From positions 6,352 through 70,351 of the forward strand of contig JBMYYH010000001.1 of assembly GCA_049609225.1 (NCBI GenBank): DNA of 64,000 nucleotides, read 5' to 3'. Of the stretch, positions 34,150 to 43,584 are shown piece by piece; within the stretch, counting starts at the first letter, position 1; each line of letters opens with the position of its first letter. The position numbers and the translations under genes were made by a program. The notes beneath the pieces were generated by a model that did not search any database, was not told the DNA's origin, and saw only the letters and a program-made list of their open reading frames with translations. The stretch comes from Planctomycetota bacterium (GTDB lineage Bacteria; Planctomycetota; UBA1135).

Positions 34150-35059
34150 TCGGTAGCTGACAGCTCAACTCGAAGTGCTCATAGCCATGCGCGAAGGGGC
34201 GGCCATGCCATGCCTCGAACGCAGGATGATCATCTGGCACATAACCGCTTTGCGGTAACCAGGTGCGGAAGATCCAATCCAAGGCGCGTTGCTCCAACTC
34301 GATGCTGCCGTGGATCGGAAGTTCTGCCACCTGCATTGCCGGGAACTCGAAGCGACCCACTTCACCTTCAGGCTTGAAATCGTCCACCACCACGGCGACG
34401 TCGTAACGACAGGCTTCAAGCGCGACGATCTCCGGATCCTCCCACATGTAGCCAAGCCACTGGTTATCGCCAAGACCGCGGTCGTCGGCCCAAGCCAAAA
34501 GACGCTTGCAAGCATCGACGACTCCCGTGCCTTGATAAGGGTCAAGCACGCGGATGTAAGCCACGGTGCGCGCGGGGATTTCCCTCAGGGTGACTTCAAA
34601 TCCATCCGGATTCTCGCCCTGAGGCAGGCGCGGCAACTTCGGCCCCCCTTCCTGATCCGCCATGACCGCCTCGAACTCGGCGCGGCGGGCAGCGCGGAAA
34701 CCTTCAAGGTCAAAAGCACTCGGCGCGACCTCAAACCGTTGCTTGAAGCTGCGCGAGAAATCGGAGGAGGAAGAGAATCCACACTCCAAAGCGATCTCGG
34801 TCAAGGAACGATCGGGCGCATGGGACATCCAATAAAGCGCACGCTCCAAGCGTTGACGTTTCACGAACTGGCTTAAGGTCTCCCCTAGAAGCGAACGGAA
34901 GACTCGATGAAAATGGAAGGGTGAAAAACTAGCCGCCTTGGCGACGTCTTCCAGCCGCAATGGGTTCGATAGATTGCGGACAATGAAGTCGATCGCTCGA
35001 TTCGTCCGCTCGACGTAGTCCGCAGGCGCGGCTCCTTCCTTTTCAGTGCAACTTCGCAA
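34142..35059 (-). CDS. AraC-family transcriptional regulator with GyrI-like effector domain
   Basis: N-terminal AraC HTH (LEDVAKAASFSPFHFHRVFRSLLGETLSQFVKRQRLERA; LTEIALECGFSSSSDFSRSFKQRF) and a C-terminal GyrI-like domain. Confidence 0.85.
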   Translation of the reverse strand: MRSCTEKEGAAPADYVERTNRAIDFIVRNLSNPLRLEDVAKAASFSPFHFHRVFRSLLGETLSQFVKRQRLERALYWMSHAPDRSLTEIALECGFSSSSDFSRSFKQRFEVAPSAFDLEGFRAARRAEFEAVMADQEGGPKLPRLPQGENPDGFEVTLREIPARTVAYIRVLDPYQGTGVVDACKRLLAWADDRGLGDNQWLGYMWEDPEIVALEACRYDVAVVVDDFKPEGEVGRFEFPAMQVAELPIHGSIELEQRALDWIFRTWLPQSGYVPDDHPAFEAWHGRPFAHGYEHFELSCQLPIK

Positions 35060-35155
35060 GATTTGGCAAGCGGTGATTTCGCTCCTATGTCATGGTAGCA
35101 ATCCTGCACCCGAGGCCCACGCCTCTCCCCTCGACCCGCGCCCCCAACCCATACG

Positions 35156-35656
35156 ATGAAGCCTCTTACCTGCCTCGCCTTCGCTTCCTGCCTCGTCCTG
35201 ACGATTTCCGCTACGACCATGCAACAAGATGATCCCGCCCAAGAGAAGTCCATGAGCCTCGGCAACTTCTCCGTCAGCCTCGCGGTGGAAGACATCAAGG
35301 CTTCCCGCGCCTTCTACGAGAAACTGGATTTCGTCGAGGTCGGTGGCGACATGGAGCAGAACTGGCTCATCCTGCAGAACGGAACCACCACCATCGGCCT
35401 ATTCCAAGGCATGTTCCAGGAGAACATCATGACCTTCAACCCCGGATGGGATAAGGACACGAATACCTTGGAAGGTTTTGACGATGTTCGCTCCATCCAG
35501 GCAAAGCTGAAGGCCCGAGGTATCAAGCCGGTGATGGCTGCCGATGAAAGCACCGATGGGCCGGCGAGTTTCGTTATCGTGGATCCCGATGGCAACACCA
35601 TCTTGGTCGATCAGCATGTCGACCACCCTGCGAAAAAGAAGTCTGAGGAGAAGTAG
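35156..35656 (+). CDS. VOC/glyoxalase-family protein with signal peptide
   Basis: Signal peptide MKPLTCLAFASCLVLTISA, then FSVSLAVEDIKASRAFYEKLDFVEV... in a VOC-like pattern. Confidence 0.65.
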   Translation: MKPLTCLAFASCLVLTISATTMQQDDPAQEKSMSLGNFSVSLAVEDIKASRAFYEKLDFVEVGGDMEQNWLILQNGTTTIGLFQGMFQENIMTFNPGWDKDTNTLEGFDDVRSIQAKLKARGIKPVMAADESTDGPASFVIVDPDGNTILVDQHVDHPAKKKSEEK

Positions 35657-35660
35657 GTAT

Positions 35661-36131
35661 ATGAGCACCCTTGTTGTTTCTGCACTTGTCGCGGCGCCGG
35701 CTGATGCCGTCTTTGAGGTCTACACCGATCTCGAGAAGGCGGTGGATCGCATTCCCGAGATCGTCGCCTTGGAGTTGCTCACGGATGGCCCCGTCGGGGT
35801 CGGGACGCGATGGCGCGAGACCCGCTTGATGTTCAAGAAAGAGGCCGTCGAGGAGATGGAGATCACTTCCTTCGATCGTCCGAGCCAATACGTGGTGGAA
35901 GCGAACTCCCATGGATCGCTTTACCGCACCGTATTCGACTTCGTGGAGGAAGATGGCGGCACCCGCGTCTTCTGGACTTTCCACACCACGGCGCAAAGCT
36001 TCGGTGCCAAGATCATGGCCCCCATCTTCAAGCTGTTGATGAGCGGCATGATGCGCAAACTCATGCAGAAGGAATTGGAAACCCTAGGCGCCGTCTGTGA
36101 ACAGGAAGTGGGCGCAAGCGTTCACGACTAG
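35661..36131 (+). CDS. SRPBCC (START/polyketide-cyclase-like) family protein
   Basis: MSTLVVSALVAAPADAVFEVYTDLEKAVDRIPEIVALELLTDGPVGVGTRWRETR... is a typical SRPBCC N-terminus. Start trimmed to ATG 35661. Confidence 0.7.
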   Translation: MSTLVVSALVAAPADAVFEVYTDLEKAVDRIPEIVALELLTDGPVGVGTRWRETRLMFKKEAVEEMEITSFDRPSQYVVEANSHGSLYRTVFDFVEEDGGTRVFWTFHTTAQSFGAKIMAPIFKLLMSGMMRKLMQKELETLGAVCEQEVGASVHD

Positions 36132-36857
36132 ATGAGCCAAGATGGGCGGCACGATGGAACCCGTCCGCAGCCGTAGCCAGCCGAGAAGGAGCCCACCGAT
36201 AAAACGATGCGGGAACTCGAGGACGGCGCCACCATTGAGGCCGTGCAACAGCGCGAATAGGGCGGAAGTGGCAAGGATGGTGGCGCGCGTATTGCCGATC
36301 CGCAGCATCGCTTCCCAGGCGACCCCTCGCATCAACCACTCTTCCACCAGCGGTGCCAGCAGCACTACCGTCCACCAACGCGAGGGCCAGGATTCCAGCT
36401 CCCCATCAAGCAGGGCATTGATGCTATTGGCATAGGCCATGTTGATGCCAAAGCAGACTGCACCACTAAGCAATCCCAACCCCAAGGCCGCGGCTCCAAA
36501 ACTCCCGCCGAGGATCTTTTCCCGCGATGGCCACCCGAGAATCCAGAGAGCCATCACTCCAATGCCTGTCATGAAGATATGGGTGAGCCCCCAATCATCT
36601 TCCAGGGCCGCCCCGAGGATGAGCGAAAAGACGCCACCTGTAAAGAGAACCCCGAGGGCATAGGAAGCCCTGCGCATAGGCGCACCTTCATCCGCGAAAT
36701 CGGCCGCCATCTTCTTCTGGCCAGCCAAGGTCGCCGTGCCGCATTGCGGACAGAAATGCAGATCACGGGTCAAAGAGGTTCCACAATTGCGGCACCCCCC
36801 TTGGGGAAGCGTTCGTTCGCTCAAGACCGGGGTGGTTTGATCGAAGTCGTGATCCAC
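36084..36857 (-). CDS. CPBP-family intramembrane glutamic endopeptidase with N-terminal zinc ribbon
   Basis: Zinc ribbon CRNCG...CPQCG. CPBP motifs APLVEEWLMRG and FALLHGLN. Multiple TM helices. Confidence 0.8.
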   Translation of the reverse strand: MDHDFDQTTPVLSERTLPQGGCRNCGTSLTRDLHFCPQCGTATLAGQKKMAADFADEGAPMRRASYALGVLFTGGVFSLILGAALEDDWGLTHIFMTGIGVMALWILGWPSREKILGGSFGAAALGLGLLSGAVCFGINMAYANSINALLDGELESWPSRWWTVVLLAPLVEEWLMRGVAWEAMLRIGNTRATILATSALFALLHGLNGGAVLEFPHRFIGGLLLGWLRLRTGSIVPPILAHLVVNACAHFLFTDGA

Positions 36858-38272
36858 TGATCGCGAATCAAGGAGAAGCGAACCATGAACACCCCGATGG
36901 TCGTGTTCATGCGGATCTCACGGCGCTCACCGCCTCCGCGCACTTCCACATCCAAGACCGGAGGCAAGGTGTTCCATTCGCGCCTTTCCATCAGCTTCTT
37001 CAGGTTCTTGGTGGCATCCACCGGCTCCTCGAACATGCGCCCGAGACCGTTGACGTCATCCGCTTCCCATTTGGTGACCCATTCCTCTTCAGTCGATTCG
37101 AAACTGGGTTCCGGCAGGTCGATGTCGTGCAGATACCAGGCGTTTCCGGATGCCTGCCAAGTCAGGGTGATGGCCTCTTCACCGAAGCTCGCCTCGACGA
37201 CCTGCTGGCGATAGGTGATGGTTTCCTCAGGGCTGTAAAGCAACTCCGGCTCTTCTGGCTGCGGCCAGGATCCATTCCAACCACGGTTATCGACAATCGC
37301 CTTCAAGCGATCCCGTTGCCCTGGTTGTTGCCCATCCGGGAAGTAGGCCACCACGTCTTCCAAATTGCCGGCATCCCAATCCTCTTGGAAGTTGCCCCAC
37401 ACGGAATCGAAGGACGGCCGGTGGTATTGCATGACCACCACCAAAGCGAGGACCGCAGTGACGCCTGCAAGCCCGCCGGACCAGAGGAAAGTCTTCTTCT
37501 TGGCCCGCTGTGCCGCAACGGCATTGGCTTCCGCATAGTCTTCTTCCGTTGCATCGCCACGCCGCAGGACACCAGTCATCTGGCGAACCGCAGCGAGGTC
37601 GGGGTTCTCCTCCATCAGGCGTTGCGCCTTCGCAGCCTGCGGGACGAATGCCCAGAACAACAAGGACCATCCACTCAGGACCACGGTCCAGACCAGTTGG
37701 AACTCCACCGCGTAGATGATGAGTGCACAGTTCAGGGTGACCATGCACGCGTAGATCAAGCTCCACAAGAAGGGCTGAAAGAAGATCATCCGCGCGCCCA
37801 TCAACATCAAGCAACACGATCCGAGCCGCAGCAGCAACTCCACCACGCCGCGCCCTAGCGAAACATCATTGCTGGAGAGCAGCGTTAGGGCCGACCAGAT
37901 TCCGAGGACCCCAAAGAACACGCCGATGCGCAGGAAGGTGCGCAGAGTCTTCAAAACCCCGAGCGCTTTGGTCAACTCCTTCGAGGCCTTCGCGCGGCTG
38001 CTGCGCTGCTTGCCACTAGGCTGCACCCGCACCGGCGCTTGCGCTGCGCTTTCCTGTTCGGTTCCGCAATCACCACAGAATCGATCGGTGGGATTCATGG
38101 CACCGCCACACCCTGGGCAACACAACAACCCCTCCTCTACTTCCATGACTTCCGGTGCGATCGCCGCGACCTGGCCATCGCATTGCCGGCAACTGTAGGT
38201 CTTGGCGGGATCGGGAACTTGATAGGCATGGCCACAAGAATCACAAGCTGCAGGGAAAGTCGAGTCAGTCAT
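36821..38272 (-). CDS. double zinc-ribbon multi-pass membrane protein, function unknown
   Basis: Start trimmed to MTDSTFPAACDSCGHAYQV...CRQCDG...CCPGCGG...CGDCG, followed by about 5 TM helices and a ~230-aa soluble C-terminal region. The 3' end overlaps the CPBP gene by 37 nt. Confidence 0.6.
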   Translation of the reverse strand: MTDSTFPAACDSCGHAYQVPDPAKTYSCRQCDGQVAAIAPEVMEVEEGLLCCPGCGGAMNPTDRFCGDCGTEQESAAQAPVRVQPSGKQRSSRAKASKELTKALGVLKTLRTFLRIGVFFGVLGIWSALTLLSSNDVSLGRGVVELLLRLGSCCLMLMGARMIFFQPFLWSLIYACMVTLNCALIIYAVEFQLVWTVVLSGWSLLFWAFVPQAAKAQRLMEENPDLAAVRQMTGVLRRGDATEEDYAEANAVAAQRAKKKTFLWSGGLAGVTAVLALVVVMQYHRPSFDSVWGNFQEDWDAGNLEDVVAYFPDGQQPGQRDRLKAIVDNRGWNGSWPQPEEPELLYSPEETITYRQQVVEASFGEEAITLTWQASGNAWYLHDIDLPEPSFESTEEEWVTKWEADDVNGLGRMFEEPVDATKNLKKLMERREWNTLPPVLDVEVRGGGERREIRMNTTIGVFMVRFSLIRDQWITTSIKPPRS

Positions 38273-38305
38273 AAAGTTGGGGGTCCGTTCTTGACGACCT
38301 ATCCT

Positions 38306-39049
38306 ATGCGCTTTCCGCTCGTCATGCTGCGCAAACTCAAGAACCTGGGCCTTATGGCCGTGCGCCTGCCGTTTCACGCGGTCAAGGCCCATCGCCTCAT
38401 GGTCGGGCGTTATCTGCGCGGCGATGCGGTGATGGGAGCGATTCCCTATGAGGTCAACTTGCATGATAAATATTGGGAAAAGCGTCTCAAGCTAGACACT
38501 GGCGGTTGGGATTCCGTCGAGCTGGAGGATGGCATGCTTTACGAAGCCACTCCCTACCTCGTCTTGCACGACATCCTGCGTCATCTCGATCTCGGCCCGG
38601 AAGACGTCTTCGTCGACCTCGGCTGCGGCAAGGGTCGGGCCACTTGTGTTGCTGCACGCGAGTCCGCTTGTGATGTGGTGGGCGTGGAGCAGGATGAAGG
38701 ATTCCTCGCCGTGGCCCAATCCAATATCGACAACCTCGACGCCACCCGCGGTGAGGTCAATCTCCACCATGGGCTCGCTCAGGATTTCGACTTCGACCAA
38801 GCCACGGTCGTTTTCCTCTTCAATCCCTTCGGTGCGCGGACCCTAGAACAGGTCCTTGCACTGCTGCAGGCCAGCGTCGAACGCAAGCCCCGACGCCTGC
38901 GCATCGTCTACGTGAATCCAGTGCATGAAAGCGTGCTCGCGCACCATGCCTGGTTGCAGAACACCCAAACCTGGCCCAGCGACGCCTATCCAGGCTTCGA
39001 AATCCAACCGCCCAATCCGCGGTTGGTCACCTTCTGGGAAGCGGCTTAG
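38306..39049 (+). CDS. class I SAM-dependent methyltransferase
   Basis: Motif I VFVDLGCGKGRATCVAA plus the acidic loop VVGVEQD. Start trimmed to ATG 38306. Confidence 0.75.
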   Translation: MRFPLVMLRKLKNLGLMAVRLPFHAVKAHRLMVGRYLRGDAVMGAIPYEVNLHDKYWEKRLKLDTGGWDSVELEDGMLYEATPYLVLHDILRHLDLGPEDVFVDLGCGKGRATCVAARESACDVVGVEQDEGFLAVAQSNIDNLDATRGEVNLHHGLAQDFDFDQATVVFLFNPFGARTLEQVLALLQASVERKPRRLRIVYVNPVHESVLAHHAWLQNTQTWPSDAYPGFEIQPPNPRLVTFWEAA

Positions 39050-39054
39050 GCGAC

Positions 39055-41640
39055 CTACTGCCCGACGAGCGCGCGCAAGCCGTGGCTCATCGACCAACCG
39101 AACAACATGTTGGTGTCTCGCATGGCAGCCTGCAGATAACGCTCGACTCCGATGAGTCCTGCATTGTTCGGGATTGACAGCTGCGTCGTCGCGACGCCCT
39201 GTGCATTCGCCACCAATCCGGTGCGGTAGATCTCCTGCGCGACATCGACAAGCACATCTCCACCGAGGAGAGTCGTGTCATCCTCCGCCAACGAGACGGA
39301 AAGGAATCCCGTCGCACCGGGCTCTGCACCTTCCACCGTAATCGTGACGGTATCCCCTAGCAGCGGCTGTGCACTTGCGGAGAGCGTCAGGACATTGGGC
39401 GAAGTGCGCAACTCCCCATATGGGAAGAATCCAGGCGTGTTCGGCGCATAGTCCCAGACGCCGCGCCCGTAGGTGCCGAAGCGAATCAGGTTCTGCGACG
39501 GCACCGATTCCACCGACCAGTAGGTCGTCAGGGGTGCATCGCCATCAAGGATGCTGTGCCATTGATCGCTGCTCGGATCGAACTCCCATGCCCCTGTCTC
39601 CGACGCCGCGTACATCCGGCCACTGCCATCAGCGGCTTCGCAGATGTCGTACACCAGGGTGTTGGGCAAGCCATCGCTCATGTCGACCCAAGTCGCACCA
39701 CCATTGGTGGATCGCAAGACCGGTGCATTGGAGTAACCGGCGCCGGCGATCCAGACCGTATCGACATCGGTCGAAGAGGCGACGATGGAGCTGCCGTAGA
39801 AGTAATGTGCGCCCGGTCCGCCACCGGACTGGAACTGCCACGAAGTGCCGCCCGTCTGCGAAGTGTAGATGTTGCCGACACTGGTCACGCAGATCGCGAA
39901 GTCGGGATTGATCTTCGAGAACTCCAGGGAAGTCACCGGCTGCCCGAATGGATTGGGGTGCAAGGCGGTGTAGTTCCAAGTACCGGAAAACCCAACGCGC
40001 TCATAACGCCAGATGGTCTTGCCGCAAAGGTAGAACACCGGATTCGAAACGGGATCGGCCACGAGGAAAGGCAGCCATTGTCCCGCGAAGCCCGTCGGGA
40101 AGTCGGCGGTGTAGAGTGCCGGGCTGGGCGCGTGCGCCGTGATCAACACGAAGCCCGGGTAATCGGAGTAGACCAGGCCATGGCCGCCGTCGGCCGAACT
40201 GATGTGGCCATAGTCACCGGTGATCTCTTCGATGAAATCAGCCCATGGTCCGGAGGTACCGGGTGTGCCGAGGACCGTGGTCTGATAACCCTGGTCCTGC
40301 GACCCGGCGTGAAGGTATTCGGGATTGCGTCGGCTGGTGTGCGTGCTGTAGTACTGGCTCACGCCCATGCCGGAGTAGCTCAACCAATCGGTGGTGCTCA
40401 TCTGATCCACACTTTCATAGGTGCCGCCGTGCGTATTGATGAACCAACGTTCGCCGCTGCTTAGGGAGGCGTCGGCGATGACGGAGATGCCCATGATGTC
40501 GGCGTGCAGTTTGCCGTAACGATCGGCGGGATGTTCCCACCATGGATTCTGCATGCTGAAGCTGGTGCCGCCGTTGTGGCTGACCCACATCTCCACGCCG
40601 CCATAGGCCACGAGGTCAGCGTCGGTGGCGGAGGTACAGAATGCACTCCACATCTCGGGCATGTCATTGCGGTAAGACCAACTGCTGGCGCTATTGGTGG
40701 TACGCCACAACTCCCATCCGCCGCCATCCTTCAACGCCAGGCTGAAGGTGGAGGAAGCGCTCGACTCATGTCCACCGAGTCGGACATCCGTCGGTGAGAA
40801 GCCGAGGGCATTGCCGTAGGTATTGAAGTTGAGACCGGCGTCGGTGGAACGATAAAGACGGTCGTCTTCGAATAGGAAGACGTCGCCGGCGGTGGTGCGG
40901 TCGGTGAAGACATCCGCAGTGCCGGAAACGCTTCGCGCCAAGGTGAAGCTCGCGCCGCGGTCGACGGAACGGTAAAGCTTCCAACCGCCTTCATCGATCA
41001 ACAGGAAGATGGTCTGTTGCGCATCATCTCGCTTCAGGAAGCGGCGAATGCCACCGTAATTTCCAAGACCCGCAGGTTCGTGCCAGGTCATGCCGTTGTC
41101 GGTCGAACGCCAAATCGCGCCGTGGGTGCCGCGCAACATGATGTCGTCGCCCCCGCCTGCAGCTGGAATGGCGAGCAGATGTTGCGCTCCGCCATAGACC
41201 CCATCCCCTACAGCTTCCCAGGCACTGCCATCCTTAGGCCCGCGGAAGACGCCACCATGCGCCGAGCCGACGTACAACTCCGTGCCATCACTCGAAAGCA
41301 CGCTCACGAACACGCTACCGGCAAGGTTACTACTGCCGACTTCATTCCAAGTGCCGGTGGTCACCGCACGCGACATCAGCGCCGCTTCTCGTGCTTGCAT
41401 CGCTGCAAGACGATTGCGCTCTTCTTCCGCCCGCCAATCAAATCCGGGTGCGGCGCGGTGCATCTCCTCGATCCAAGCGAGGCGTTCGGCATGACTATCC
41501 TCACCTTCTTCGAACCCTGCTGGGCGCGGCAAAGGAGGTGTGTAGCCATCATCCATCGCCTCCACACCAGTGCAGGAGAGTATGGTCAGGCTTCCACCTA
41601 GGGTAAGGGCGGAAATTCTGAAGGTAGGGACCATCGCCAA
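39055..41640 (-). CDS. secreted BNR/Asp-box repeat beta-propeller protein (GH74/sortilin-like) with recurrent C-terminal domain
   Basis: Asp-box motifs STDNGMTW, SVDRGASF, STDAGLNF, SHNGGTSF, SQTGGTSW and STNGGATW. Signal peptide present. CTD at 39058-39395. Confidence 0.8.
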   Translation of the reverse strand: MAMVPTFRISALTLGGSLTILSCTGVEAMDDGYTPPLPRPAGFEEGEDSHAERLAWIEEMHRAAPGFDWRAEEERNRLAAMQAREAALMSRAVTTGTWNEVGSSNLAGSVFVSVLSSDGTELYVGSAHGGVFRGPKDGSAWEAVGDGVYGGAQHLLAIPAAGGGDDIMLRGTHGAIWRSTDNGMTWHEPAGLGNYGGIRRFLKRDDAQQTIFLLIDEGGWKLYRSVDRGASFTLARSVSGTADVFTDRTTAGDVFLFEDDRLYRSTDAGLNFNTYGNALGFSPTDVRLGGHESSASSTFSLALKDGGGWELWRTTNSASSWSYRNDMPEMWSAFCTSATDADLVAYGGVEMWVSHNGGTSFSMQNPWWEHPADRYGKLHADIMGISVIADASLSSGERWFINTHGGTYESVDQMSTTDWLSYSGMGVSQYYSTHTSRRNPEYLHAGSQDQGYQTTVLGTPGTSGPWADFIEEITGDYGHISSADGGHGLVYSDYPGFVLITAHAPSPALYTADFPTGFAGQWLPFLVADPVSNPVFYLCGKTIWRYERVGFSGTWNYTALHPNPFGQPVTSLEFSKINPDFAICVTSVGNIYTSQTGGTSWQFQSGGGPGAHYFYGSSIVASSTDVDTVWIAGAGYSNAPVLRSTNGGATWVDMSDGLPNTLVYDICEAADGSGRMYAASETGAWEFDPSSDQWHSILDGDAPLTTYWSVESVPSQNLIRFGTYGRGVWDYAPNTPGFFPYGELRTSPNVLTLSASAQPLLGDTVTITVEGAEPGATGFLSVSLAEDDTTLLGGDVLVDVAQEIYRTGLVANAQGVATTQLSIPNNAGLIGVERYLQAAMRDTNMLFGWSMSHGLRALVGQ

Positions 41641-41714
41641 AAGGATACCCCATATTGCCGGAACTGGCTGTTCGTTCCAGGGTTACGCCTTTGTCCGCTT
41701 CCCTAGCAGAGCCC

Positions 41715-43373
41715 ATGATCAAGACCCTAACGACGACCCTACTTTGTATTTCTGGCCTTACGGCAACCGCTGCAGCGCAAGGCCCACCCTTAATGCCGCC
41801 GCCCACGCCGCCGCAGAACCCATACACCGCAGAGAAGGCCGTCTTGGGCAAGATGCTGTTCTGGGAAGAGCAACTCTCCTCCGACGACACTATGGCTTGT
41901 GGAACTTGCCACACCGTGACTGCCGGTTTCGGCGATAACCGTATCGGCATCCACCCTGGCCCCGATGGCATCCAAGGCAACGCGGACGACATCTTCGCTT
42001 CCCGCGGTGTGCGTCGAGCGGACCATGATGGCAGTTATGCGGAAGATTCCACTTTCGGTTTGGATGTGCAAGTCACCGGCCGTCGTACGCCTGAAATTTT
42101 CGCGGCGCTTTATGCACCCGAGACCTTCTGGGATGGCCGTGGTACCTCCAGCTTCACCGACCCCGAAACTGGCATCGTCACCATTCCTTTCGGTGCTGCG
42201 CTCGAGAGTCAGGCTATCGGCCCGATCCTGAATGATGCTGAAATGGCGCATGAATCGGTGGATTGGGCGGAAGTCACGGCAAAGCTGGCCTCCGCACGCC
42301 CCATGGCCTTGGCCACCGATCTGACGCCCGACATGGTCGCGGCCCTACTCAGCTCCCCGACCTACCCAGAGTTGTTCCAGGATGCCTTTGGGACTTCCGA
42401 TATCACTGCGCAACGCATCGCTTATGCGATTGCCACCTACGAGCGCACTTTGATTCCGGATGAATCACCTTGGGATCTGTTCAATGCTGGCGATCCACTC
42501 GCCATGACTCCGAACCAGATCGCGGGCTGGAACCAGTTCAACACCATCGCGAACTGCAACCAGTGTCATACCCCGCCGATGTTCACGGACAACCAGTTCC
42601 ACAACCTCGGTTTGCGTCCGAGTACCGAAGACGCTGGCCGCCAAGACGTGACGGGGCTGTTCGCCGACCGCGGCAAGTTCAAGACTCCTTCGCTACGCAA
42701 CGCGGGCCTGCGTACTCGCTACTTCCACAACGGTTCCGAACTGATCCTCGACAACGGCCCGGCCCCGGGTGGTGTCGACATGGTTTACATCAATGGTGGT
42801 GGAGCCTTCCGCGACAATCTCGACCCATTGTTGGTCCCCCTGGCCGGACGCCCAGGCATCAACATGCAACAGATCATGGATTTCGTCGCAAACGGGCTGA
42901 CGGATCCACGCGTGGAAAACGCTCTGCCTCCGTTTGATAAGCCGACCCTTTTCAGTGAAGCGAATCCAGCCGGTGCCATCCGCTTCGGACCCTCCAACAT
43001 GGGCGGCAACGGCGTGACCCCGACCCTCATCGTGAACACTCCAGCAGCTCTGGGTAGTACTTCCTTTAAGGTAGGGCTGGAAAACGCGCCAGCCACTGCG
43101 AGCATCGCCTGGCTCGGCCTTTCCCGCGCTGCCGGCAGCGGCACCCTGGTGAATGGTGTGCCGTTCAACCTCGGTGGCCCGGTCGACCTGTGGAAGACCT
43201 CCTCCCTGCAGACGGATAGCTCCGGGCTCGGATACGCCACTTTCCAGATCGACATTCCCAGCCAAGCCGGCCTCCTAGGCATGGATTTCCACGTCCAGGC
43301 CTTCGTCGAAGACCTTTCGGCCCCTGGAGGCACCGGAGCCGCCACCCGCGGAGCCACTTTTACGGTGCTTTAA
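41715..43373 (+). CDS. di-haem cytochrome c peroxidase (CCP/MauG family) with recurrent C-terminal domain
   Basis: Signal peptide and two CxxCH motifs (ACGTCH, NCNQCH). CTD at about 43011-43370. Confidence 0.9.
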   Translation: MIKTLTTTLLCISGLTATAAAQGPPLMPPPTPPQNPYTAEKAVLGKMLFWEEQLSSDDTMACGTCHTVTAGFGDNRIGIHPGPDGIQGNADDIFASRGVRRADHDGSYAEDSTFGLDVQVTGRRTPEIFAALYAPETFWDGRGTSSFTDPETGIVTIPFGAALESQAIGPILNDAEMAHESVDWAEVTAKLASARPMALATDLTPDMVAALLSSPTYPELFQDAFGTSDITAQRIAYAIATYERTLIPDESPWDLFNAGDPLAMTPNQIAGWNQFNTIANCNQCHTPPMFTDNQFHNLGLRPSTEDAGRQDVTGLFADRGKFKTPSLRNAGLRTRYFHNGSELILDNGPAPGGVDMVYINGGGAFRDNLDPLLVPLAGRPGINMQQIMDFVANGLTDPRVENALPPFDKPTLFSEANPAGAIRFGPSNMGGNGVTPTLIVNTPAALGSTSFKVGLENAPATASIAWLGLSRAAGSGTLVNGVPFNLGGPVDLWKTSSLQTDSSGLGYATFQIDIPSQAGLLGMDFHVQAFVEDLSAPGGTGAATRGATFTVL

Positions 43374-43421
43374 GCCCTTTTTTGGGCCCTCGCCCTCCAG
43401 GAATCCTGGAATGCGACTTCC

Positions 43422-43458
43422 AACCATCCCCATGGTCTTAAAGACTTTGGGGATGGTT
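43422..43458 (+). terminator. strong hairpin downstream of first peroxidase gene
   Basis: aaccatcccca / tggggatggtt forms an 11-bp perfect stem around a sub-hairpin (gtctt aa agac). Only a weak T-run follows (cattccgtttta). Confidence 0.35.
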
Positions 43459-43584
43459 CATTCCGTTTTATGGGGTACTATTGGTGGAACATTCTTGGTG
43501 AATTGCCGTCATCTTTAAGTAGGCCGCCCTTGCCTACAGCTGTTTCAGGCTGTTTCCAAACCATCCCAAGTCCCCCGCTCCCGC

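Noticed and set aside
43400-43416. The GGAATCC heptamer recurring in several intergenic regions, as a specific regulatory word.
   Set aside because: The same heptamer occurs repeatedly inside coding regions (for example near 14880, 25964, 26127, 28041 and 46684), so it is not specific on its own. Only the longer palindromes were kept, as a low-interest finding.
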